A DNA stretch of 64,000 nt from Oikopleura dioica (Eukaryota; Animalia; Chordata): positions 12,400,001-12,464,000 of the forward strand of contig OU015567.1 of NCBI GenBank assembly GCA_907165135.1, written 5' to 3'. Below the pieces are notes generated by a model. It saw only the letters and a program-made list of their open reading frames with translations, was not told the origin of the DNA and made no database searches. This document shows positions 12,801 to 24,908 of this stretch, in pieces (within the stretch, counting starts at the first letter, position 1; each line of letters starts with the position of its first letter). Made by a program: the position numbers and the translations under genes.

Positions 12801-15800
12801 GGACTTCAGACCGTCCTCGCTCATTTCTTCAATATTAGAAGAATTCCGTCTGGGTGGGTCAAGTGAGATTGCCGCCGCTTTCGCCTGTGGATTGATTCCT
12901 CGCATAAACTCGTTTTGAGAATCAAGTTTGAATATTTTGAGCAACGCCGGCACCTCCTCACGCCACTTGCGAGTTTGACCTTCGAGTTCCAAAGCGCGAA
13001 TTTGAAACGATTTCGCCAAAATGTAAGTCGATTGGAGCCCCCAAATCTCAGAGAGGACGAGCAGCTCGTTTGCGAATTGCCTCGCCTCTGTGGACATTCC
13101 CCGAATGAGGAGATCTTCCACGTGCTCTGCCGATATCCAAATCGTCTTTTCAAGTGATCGGAGAGTCGATAAAATCTCGCGGCCGATCTTTTGAATTTTC
13201 AGTGCTCCCTGGCTCTTTGCAGAGGTTGAAAAGAGAGTTGAATAAAAAGACCGATCGCAGTTGAGAGAAAGCACGGTAACTAACAGTTGGATCGCGTAAC
13301 GAAGTCCGCATTTGTGATGGTCAGTCAACATACTCCCAACGTGTCCAAGGGCCTTGTCATGATACTCACTCCAAGGAGAAGCAGAAGAAAGAGGCGTTTC
13401 ACGCAAACTAGTCACCATATCTAATTCCTCTTGTTCTTCGAAATGGAATGATTTCTGATCGCTGGGAAGAATGTCTTCGTTCATCAAATTTCCAAAAACG
13501 AGCCTTTTCTCGTGCTCTGACTTGACGAGGCAATCACGCGCTTTATTCAGTATTTCTCCAACTTCATCGTCAAACTCAGCCTGGCTGGAGTATATCGAGT
13601 GTTTGTAGATGACCCACATGGAGGAGCCAAGATCCATCGCCAAATCTGCAATCAAGGAAGACACCGCCTCCTAAATTTTAAGATTAAATTAATCGATTGC
13701 TTTTGTTATTTACCAGTTCAGCGTTCTTCTTCGGATAGTACCAGTCAACAATCAGTTTTAATAGCTTTTTCAGTAGCGAAGTGCCAGCTTCGCGTTTCCC
13801 GACGATAAGCAGCAGTTCCGCAGCAATGTAAATCGTGTTGACATAATTCAAAACAGCGGTTGTTGTTGAGCACTTACTGAATTGCTCCCGCACTTTTATG
13901 TTGCAAAGCTTCTCAATTTCCAACCTTATCGGTGGCGAGCTCTTCTTGGCCATATTTGCGCTCCAAGCCGTTTGGAGATCTTTCTGCCAAGAAGAGAGGA
14001 TCTTCCAGACGCAAGTTAATTCTTCATTCGGTACTTCTTCATTTTTTGAGCACTGAAATGTGAGTTTCTTCGTTTCCTCTGGAAAAACCTCCCTCAATTG
14101 AAAAATGACGAGCTTGAGAAGATCTTGTTCGCCTTCTGGAAGCTTTCTGTACTCGCTGAACTGATTCAAAGTCGCCACAAGCAACGCGATAGATTCAGGA
14201 AGCTGCGGAGGACCAGATTCAGTCAGCAAGCTGATTAGGATCGTGATGAACTGAACTTGCGCTTTCTTCTCGATACTGAACAGTGTGAACAAATTTGCGT
14301 GCAAGGGAGAAGGGCTTCGTTTAAAAGACTGGCATAAAAGCTGATTTAAAAACATCTTCACCATAAGCGTCTCCATCTTCGTGCAGCTCCGGTGTCCAGA
14401 TACTTTGATTGCTAGCGCGTTGTAAATGTCCATAATATTCGTTCGCTCGTAGCTGCACAGTCCGTGCTGCTCAAAGATCCAGGAGAGCTCGTTAATCGTC
14501 AACTCGACCAAGCTCCAGTGCTGGTAGGTCGAAAATTCGTCGTCGTTTCGCGCCGCGCTCATCAAGTAGCTGAAGCAGCCTTTAACATTCTTTAGCGCCG
14601 TTTCGACCAAAATAGCCCGACTCGACTTTGTCAGCTTTTCCCGTTGTTTCTCGACTGTTTGGATGAGACGGAGAAAAGAATAGACTGCGAAACAAGGATA
14701 CTTGTGCTTGATGTCGTATTCCTCACTGACTTCCGCTTGTTGTTTCAAGCTCGACAAGGCCAGAGCCATGCTACCGATGGACTGGTTGAGAGGGAGCAAA
14801 ACGCCGTCCAAGGCAAACCAAAGATCTTTCGTCTTCTGTTCATTAGCCTGCTCCTTTGGAACAGGAGTGAGGGATTGACAGAGGTTATGTGTGATCTGCG
14901 CGAAGCCGTAAATTACTTCTTGAATGTCGTTCTCGTCGAGGTTCTCTGTCATCAAAATGTGGCCAGACGTGAGATCTAGATTTTAATTCCCAAAAAGTCC
15001 TTTTCCAATAAAACTTACATTTCTTCAAAATTTGGGCAATTCGTCCCATGCAGATAAGATGATGTGTTCGCCAGGACCGGTTTTTTGCTGAAATGCTTGG
15101 AAATTCAAATACGATCGCCTTCAATGCATTCACAAAGGCTCGAATCTCTTTGAAGGTTTCTCGAGTGGGCGTAACAATCTGTTGCTGAAGAAGGTTTTCC
15201 GAGGTGTCTGCTTCCTCTGGCTGATACTTGTCGTTCATCAGGATGAGCAACTCATTAGTAAGGCAAACGCCAAAACCAGGAATGCTGGAGTACTGAACCA
15301 CTTCTTGCCGAAACTCTCGGAAGAGTGTTATCATGGAATCGAAACGGGCGAACTCACAAGTGTGGAAAAGCGCGCGCACAAACTGAATTGAGAATGAAAA
15401 AAAAACTTAAATTTGGATGAAGCGATTTACTCTTTTGGAAAGCGTGAACTTGTCGAGAATAAGCCAGGCTCTTCTTCCGGCAACCCAATCGGCCTCACGG
15501 TCTTTGGATTTGAGAACAGCGTGAGAGTTGTTATTGTATAGCGCCCAGAGGTCCATCTGTAATCGGCCAGCGATGCTTTTCATCGACTTCTGGTACTTTG
15601 GGATTTGCGCTATTTTGGGGAGAATGAGGAGCAGGTGATCAACCACTTGAGCCAAAGTTGAATGGTCAGGATTGTACTTTGTCGAGGCAGTTTTTGTGAT
15701 GTAATTATAGATCAACTACGAAATTTTAATATTGAAATAAAGGAAGACTCACTTTGAAAGCTGCAACCGCGTTCCCGTCGATCTTTAGCTTTTCCAGGGT

Positions 15801-15821
15801 GGCGAAATCGATGTCACCCAT
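9817..15821 (-). CDS. ESPL1: Separase (peptidase C50)
   Basis: Catalytic YIFAGHGSG (His about 10340) and HLIGCGSG (Cys about 10260), followed by AMLWSVTDRDIDRF and CVNYGL. Long helical N-terminal exons extend to ATG 15821. Confidence 0.9.
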
Positions 15822-16418
15822 TTTAACTTTCTGAAAGAAATGATCACTCTCTGCTTTCGCTTCGTGAGTAACAAAAGCGTGTCGCCAGGCGGGTGTTTTG
15901 TGCAGTTACCAATTAAAAAGTAACCATTCAATAATTAATTGCGCCCTCGTCGTCAAGGCCAAAATCATAAAAAATCTGCAATGGGTACATTCGGAAAAAC
16001 GCGCTTACTTATAAGCAGAACAACGAAAGAAGATTTCTAACAGTGGCAGTTCACTTTTAGTAGCCACCCTTCTGATAGTGACTAGTCAAGAACTGACTCG
16101 TAGAAAAATTTTCTACATCATCAATATTGCTCGTATATTTTCTGACCTGCAGTATTTCTGACCTCCAAGAATATTGATGGCTGATAAACTGAAGCCGATA
16201 GATTATAAATTTCAATTTATAATCATCAAAATGAATTGCCATGATTTGTTTATTGAAAGCAAAAATCAATTTGTGTTGACTGAAGTTATTATTATTTTCT
16301 TTTCAAATTAAGGCAGTAGGTAAGTTGAACGAAGGAACAAGATAAGAATTGTCACAGAATTATCTAACAGAAGGAATTTCCTTAAAAATCTTTTTCTGGA
16401 AAAGCAAATTGAACAGAG

Positions 16419-16772
16419 TTAAATGCTTGTTTTACTGATGGAAACTGCTACGGAGAGTTTGTCAACGAAGGTCGTCACGGAAACTTCAGATTCCTCCGGG
16501 ATCTCGATATCCTTCCGCCAGTTAGCGTACGTAGTCGTGCAGCTGTTCATATCATGGAGAAGGTTTCGCCCGAAGATGGTGATGTTTCGCCCCTTAATTT
16601 CTGTTTTGGTGATATGGCAGCACTGCATCATCCGGTGAGTATCAGCCAAGGGGACAAAGAAGTAGTAAGCGCAATCCTGCCGCTGCCAGACCCATTCGTT
16701 CAGTTTCTTCTGCTCTTTCTTCGATTTTCTCGGTGAGTGTGTGCCGCCGAAAATTGTCGCGATTTTTGCCAT
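16419..16772 (-). CDS. Small protein with HSP20/alpha-crystallin-like beta-sandwich pattern
   Basis: 117-aa single-exon ORF with alternating beta-strand pattern YYFFVPL...ITKTEIKGRNITIFG...WRKDIEIPEESEVSVTTFVDKLSVAVSI. Pattern resemblance only. Confidence 0.45.
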   Translation of the reverse strand: MAKIATIFGGTHSPRKSKKEQKKLNEWVWQRQDCAYYFFVPLADTHRMMQCCHITKTEIKGRNITIFGRNLLHDMNSCTTTYANWRKDIEIPEESEVSVTTFVDKLSVAVSISKTSI

Positions 16773-17410
16773 GTTAACAAAAGTTATTGATTTATGTTAT
16801 GATTAAGATATTTTGTTGAAAAGTTTCTAAGCGCGTATTTATATGAGCAGCGGCGCACGAGCATCGGCCTGGGCGGTAGAGAGTGGCAACGAGCGCAGAA
16901 GAGGGAAATTGTCCGTTCACGTCACGTACCTATAGAATGTGTAGATAATCTGCTTTACACTGGTACTTTGAAAAGTTGAAGATGAAATGATCAAGGGTTG
17001 GTTATTGAGCGATACATGCTTATTCCACGGAACTATCACTCAGATATGAGTATGAGTCCATAAGATCAAAAGGCATATTAGATACTGATACACTGAATAA
17101 TAACAGATAACGTTCAGATGTTTATGAATTTCTGTAATTATGTTGCGATAAGACTTACTTGTGCTCGAAGACATTCACTCATGCTGTCTACTTTTCCATC
17201 CTATAATCCTCCACCACATGATCTTTTAGCTGAGTTTCCGTTTCCGTTCAGCCTTGTCACACTCATCTTCTTCCGGAAATATATTCTTATTCGCTCAATA
17301 ATTGAGCCTCAAAACTCTGAAGAAAAAATAAGACAACTTTTCTTTAACATGGGAAAATTCAATTTATTGTGGCAGTTAAATTTTTTCTATCATTTTGTTT
17401 AAAAATAGGT

Positions 17411-20400
17411 CTATCGACCAGCATGAGATCGGGAACGATTTCGTCGTCGTTCATATGAAACGGATCGTGATTTTGTGCGACGGCGGTCTCTGAAATGGGC
17501 ACATTAATTTCTTGAACAATAGTGAGAACTTACCGTTTACGTCCCCGGTCCTCATGGGACGTAGACCGCTCGCGTTTTCTATCCGGAGAGCCTAGAAAAC
17601 AGGATCAGCTAGAAAATATAAGAGTCGAGGCGGGAGCTATTTTTGAATAGAGATTGAACTAAAGAATATCAAGGCAACTGTAATATTGCGAAGTTGAATC
17701 TTCCATAAGGTAGAAACTTCGGGAAGAGATTAAATCCGAATGACTGCGTCGGGCTGTCGGCCACAAAACTAGACCAGCTGTATAAAGCCCATTAATTGTC
17801 ATTAGATATTAGCTCAGCGGATTCTATATGAATAGGGCCGACGAGCAAAAAATCAACCCCAAGTACCCGTTGATGGAAACGCCCGAAACTTTGTAGAAGT
17901 GTTTATTTTAGCCCAATTGAAAAAATTGTAATTGAAAATTTTTTGATCGGATCACGTGATCGCGGGTTACAGACGCTCTAAAAGCTAGAAAAGCTTGCCG
18001 AGCTTGATCCCCTTATGGTATCATCTTCTCGTTAGGCTAGAAAGATAGGTCTTAATTTGTTCTAGTGGCTTAGTTAAAAATTCTTGGTGCCGTTCTTACA
18101 GGAGACGCTAGAGACTATATAAGGACCCAAAACTAGCTAAAATTGAGGTAAAAATCCAGGTTTCGCGGGCTTTTAGGCCAAAATAAGTTGCAAAAGGGCC
18201 TTTTGGACATTTCAATTCCCTCTAGCAACTCATGTGATCTTGGCACCAAAAATGTTTTGGATTCTTTAGAAATAACTTTTGTGCTCTTTTATGTGAGCTA
18301 CATTATGATCCACTGAGGTAAGGGGATCGAGGTTGGCAAGCTTTTCTAGCTTTTCCAGGGTCTGTAACACGTGATCACGTGATCCGACCAAAATATTTTC
18401 AATTACAATTTTTTTAGTTGGGCCAAAATAAACACCTTTACAAAGTTTCAGAAATCTACCTTAACGGGTTCTAGGGGTTGACTTTTTGCTCGTCGGCCCT
18501 ATATATGAATGCTTCTCAATAACAACATGTATCTGAGGCCGTGAATGAAATCAGCTACCGCATTTCTCAGAAAATAACCGAGGTAATCAGAATAATTTGC
18601 TCTTGTAAAATAGAACCATTAATACCAAGCACAAAAAGCCCCTTGGTAGAATAAACTAATTACATAATAGGTTCACTAAAGAACTTAGTTGCCTGAGAAG
18701 CTCTACTCTTCTCTATCAACCCCCACATATTTTGATAAAACCGAGGATTTAAATACTTGAACACTCTCAGTGCAGGCGTCTATGTTCCCATGTGAACATA
18801 TCACTCTGACAAAATTAAAGTTATGCAGACGTCACAATATCAACGTGGTAGATCTGACATACGGTATCATCCTATTGCGTTAAAATATGTCTATAAGAAA
18901 TACCGTCTTTCTGACGGAGATAAAAATAAAACCAGGATTTCTTGCTCAAGAATAGAATTTTTCATGGCGTCACAAACATGACTGTTCCACAGATGTCCAA
19001 AAATGACGTAGAACTAGCATATGATTGAATATTGGTTCAATGGATTACATCACTTAAGATATTTTAATCTTCGTTGACCACAATCAACCCTCGTGTTTGT
19101 CTCGTGATCTCCAGTCACGCGACAGTAAATATATACAGAATGTGTACCGTGCTTTCGCTTTCGCATGCGCTCCTTCATCGCCTCAGCTTCTTTCTTGGCG
19201 CGTTTGAGTTCTCGCTCTTCGGATTCCGTAATCCTCTTGGACTTCTTTGATTTTCGCGACTCTTGGCGAGAGTCATCGCTATCAGATCGAGATCGTCGTC
19301 TTCGCGATCTGCTTCGCGTCCTCCTTGACTTCTCTTTTTTCTTCCTTGATTCCTTGGAGGCCGAGCGGCTTCGCGATCGCCTCTCTTTTTTCATCGAGTC
19401 TGATCGTCCTCGACGGCGTTTATCAGGAGTCCTAGATCGCGATCTTGATCTTCGGGATGCTTTTCGACGTCTTTCTGGTGTTCGTGATCGACTACGTGAA
19501 ACGGAATGTCGAGAAACTTTCCGACGTTTTTCAGGAGTTGGAGATCGACGGCGCCTTTTCTCGGGAGTTGGTGATCGTCTTCGTCGTCGTTCAGGAGTAC
19601 GAGAACGTCTTTCTTTCTTAATCTTCCTCGAAGAATTAGACTTTTTTGTAAGAAATGGATAGTTTACCTCCGGTTGTTGTTGCTTTTTGAAAATGGCCTC
19701 AATATCTTCAGGTTCAGACTCGCTCGAGTCGCTGCTACTGGAGCTTGAGCTAGAATCATCGCTGGATTCGGACTCATCGCTCGAATCCATCCCCTTGACT
19801 TTTCCTGTTTTCAAGAAATCGCGAAGGCCGTCAGTAAGTCCACCGAGACCGATAGAAGTGAAAAAATTGATCGCAAATCGAGTGTTCTTTGGATTATCTT
19901 TTGGGAAGAGACCTTCGAAGAAAACCGCCATTGTGTCTTCTTGAAGCCGCGTATTGAGCTAGATTCAATATATTAACACGAGAATTTATCAAATTGTTTC
20001 AAAAAACGACGCAAATAAAATATATAGGCAGGAAGATCAAAGACACTATGACGGGTAAGTCACCCTTCTGGAACTAATTTGACTGAAATTACCTTTGGAA
20101 GACCCATGTACTGGGAAAGCTCCTGAAACAATATTTTGATAAAAATACGGGAGGAAGAAGTAGTTGTATCTTCCGTGATGGCAATTGTAGACATCACGCT
20201 CCACGGGATCGCGTCAGCATACAAGAGTTGGGCAAAGAACTTCGCAACGTTTCTTAATTTATTCGTTTCCAGCCGGTGGATCGTTTCGTAGGACTCAACG
20301 AAGATCAGCTCGAATAATTCCATGTATTCTCGCTTGATTAAACACAGGCGAGTTGCCGTGAGTCCGAAGAACTTTTCGTACGTTCGATTTTGTCCGCAAC

Positions 20401-22420
20401 AATCCACGATCATGTGGCACATTTCTAGGTAAAAATTTTTAAGCTGTCTTTAATTATTTTTCTTTTCCACCTTTCCACATTGCCTCCGGAATCTGCAGCT
20501 TCATCAATTTATGGCAGCACTCTTCGAAGTCAACAGAAGATTGAATGGTTAGATAGATCGTCTTCCTGAGCTCGACTGTATTTATCTCGGTTCTATCGAT
20601 AATGAGAGTTTGGCCCTTAGGATCAGCAGTTGCCTTTGCAGCTTCCATGGCCGCTGTTTCAGAGTCTGCATCGCTGTTAGAATCGCTATCCGACGAATCA
20701 GAGTCTTTTTCTGACTTCACTATTATTCTTCCAAGAAATTACTAGTCTATCAAAGTGAAAAGCCGTTCCTGAAGAATCATCAGAGCCAGACTCGTCACTC
20801 TCGCCAAGGATTTCCCGTTTGATGTCTTCATATTGCTTCTCATTCGTAAGGAAGTCATCGTCTTTTTTAAAGACATTGAGCATCATCTCCTCCTTGTATT
20901 CACCATCAAGTCTGATCATGTGCGTAAATTGGTCATCTTCTTCTACCAAATCTAGCTCCTCGATGACGATAGGGTGCTCCTAATAAAAGTTATTAAAAGA
21001 CCTCGAAAGCATCAAATAAAAAATAAAACTCAAAAGGTATTCGCTAGAAACCATAAGCTGAAAGCCTACTGTGATTACTGATAATTTTTAAATTGGGTAG
21101 TAACAGAGACCGTTTACACCAATTTTGTCCTGAAGCTCTCTGTCTTCTTGAGAAAAGACCTCGGTCTGTAAGAAAACGTTTGACCAAGTGAGCTGAAGGG
21201 ACCTACCCTTGTTGAAAGCGAGCTGAATGAAACAACAGATTCATAAATCAAAATAATTATCATAATGTAAAGTACACAATCGTACCGAGAATCCATCCTT
21301 TCGGATGGCGAAAAGAACTTCAATCATATACTGCGTTCTTTTATCAATGGAGGCTTCGTGGAGAATATTCCTCATTCGTTCGAAAATTGCAGCCAAAGCT
21401 CTGCTGGAAACTTCAGAGAGTTTCAAGCCAATTTCTTTGATGAAGCCAACAGCCACTTCCACAGAATCATCAGTAGGATTCTCAAGGAGCAAGGTGAGAA
21501 TCTCGAGTGCAAGAATTTCGTGGCAAACTTGTTGGTTAACTAAATGTGCGACGAATTTGCAGGCATTCAGGCACAGATCTTTTTGATTGCGGCGGAATGA
21601 ACGTCTTTTTGAGAGTTTAAAATTGATAATGAAAAGTTTAACTTGAAAATATAGTGTATGTAAATAATTTTTCGCTTTATAAGTGTGGGATCATTGAGAA
21701 CGATCAAACAGTTTGATATTTATAAATTTTAAGTCCCTGCCTAAAGACAAGAACCAGACGAGAGAGAATGAGTTCTCCTATGGTCGGAAACTTAGTGTTG
21801 ATAATTGCCACAAATGCTGCGTAAACATTCGTAAAGGTTGGCGAAGCACCTTGCGCTTGCAAAATCGATCTGGTGAGCAAACCTCGTCCGCGCATGATGT
21901 TTTCGGAGAAGAGCTCGCGAATGATGAGACTAATATTCGAAACATTGACTTTGTTGACGATACCGTGAATGGATTTCTTCAACGCTTCCCACGAAATTCG
22001 CTGGTATTCGACGGAGCTTTTGTCCGTAATAGCTGCTTGCATCGCCTTAAGCTTCGCAGGTGGAATGTAAGCGCCACCTGTTCTGTTGGCCAAGATGTCA
22101 TCTTTCTTATTCCTCGGATTTCTCGGCTGTCTTGGGTCGTTTACTGTTGCTTCTTCGGCTTTCTTTGGCGACTTGGATCTGTTCCTTTTGGGGGGAGACT
22201 TGGATCTGCTCTTCCTAGCTGGAGATTTGGAGCGCGACTTCTTCTCTCGCTCAGGCGACTTTTCCGTTTTTAAGACCGCTACAGTCGACTTTGGCCCACT
22301 ACGCTTTTCTGGCGACTTAGAGCGACTTCGGGATCGTCGGGATTTTCTTCGATCATCATCGCTCGAAGAAGAGCTACTAGAGCTCGAGGAGCTGCTCGAA
22401 CGACTTCTACGCTCTCCCAT
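17411..22420 (-). CDS. CWC22: Pre-mRNA splicing factor CWC22 (MIF4G + MA3, RS-rich termini)
   Basis: [37 protein letters not shown] and [26 protein letters not shown]. Terminal RS exons at 17591-17534 and 17489-17411 lie beyond a 1556-nt intron. Confidence 0.95.
17833..18501. mobile_element. Non-autonomous hAT-type DNA transposon (MITE), 669 bp, inside a CWC22 intron
   Basis: Exact 8-bp flanking duplication TATATGAA (17825-17832 and 18502-18509). TAGGG...CCCTA termini. Ungapped 183-bp inverted arms (17833-18015 and 18319-18501), with the first 19 bp perfect. No internal ORF. Confidence 0.9.
20711..20768 (-). other. GA-AG intron (CWC22)
   Basis: CAG|GA, phase 1. ttcact/agtgaa 6-bp stem covers an upstream AG. 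The alternative acceptor at 20720 cannot be excluded. Confidence 0.55.
21605..21740 (-). other. GC-AG intron with terminal stem (CWC22)
   Basis: Splicing yields LVFRRSFRRN, gapless against remembered CWC22 orthologues. Arms at 21737-21720 and 21629-21611 pair at about 16 of 19 columns. Confidence 0.8.
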
Positions 22421-22685
22421 ATCTAGACGAACGAACAAATTTTAGGACTGTTTGAGAAGATTTTATTATAAGTTAAATGGTTGTGAACGATTGTTTCAAG
22501 AAAAAATGTCATGTAATATCAAATTTTTGCAACTTGCAATTTTGAAATGGCAATGAACTTGGCAAAGTTGATACAGAATTGGAAACAAATAAGATAAATG
22601 AAGATCTGTTAGAAATTGAGAACATGTGATATGCTTTTGTTGAACGAAAATGTGAACTAGAGTGCGATGAAAGTAGTCAGACAGA

Positions 22686-24477
<1,792 letters not shown>

Positions 24478-24609
24478 TTTCTCAAAATCTCTAAAAATAT
24501 ATTTCATGTGCCAGGTCTTTGTATCATATTTTTTATGGATAATCACTGTTTCTCGTAAAATAAAATTAAAAATAATATAAACGTCAGTCGATTTCTGTGA
24601 GATTCTGGT

Positions 24610-24665
24610 TTTCACTTGGCGCAGCGCTCAGGCCAATCAGCGCCGCATTCGCGCTCCGTTCCCTT
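24610..24665. promoter_or_regulatory. Likely bidirectional promoter between PK and eIF2A
   Basis: GC-rich patch with a CCAAT box (ggccaatcagcgcc) in the 430-bp gap between the divergent start codons. Confidence 0.4.
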
Positions 24666-24908
24666 TTTCAACTCACTCAGAGGAAAACCTGAACGCCTTA
24701 ATTCTTGTACCATGATTTTTTTTCATACAAACAGTTACAGTTAATTAGTGTAATCAAATGATATCACCAATGATAAGTTGATAAACGATTGATCAAGGTC
24801 TTCCTTAGAGTTATCGTTAAACATTAGTAATGTCTGTCACTAAAACTTATTATTTCACTGAAAAGAATACACAATAAAGATCACTGATGTACCAAAATCT
24901 TCCCTAGA

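Noticed and set aside
19165-19662. Long plus-strand ORF and tandem-like repeats (also 22086-22445 and 11815-12231)
   Set aside because: Antisense shadows of RS- or S/E-rich coding exons of CWC22 and separase. The repeats are codon-level, with no spacer structure, so this is not CRISPR or a satellite.
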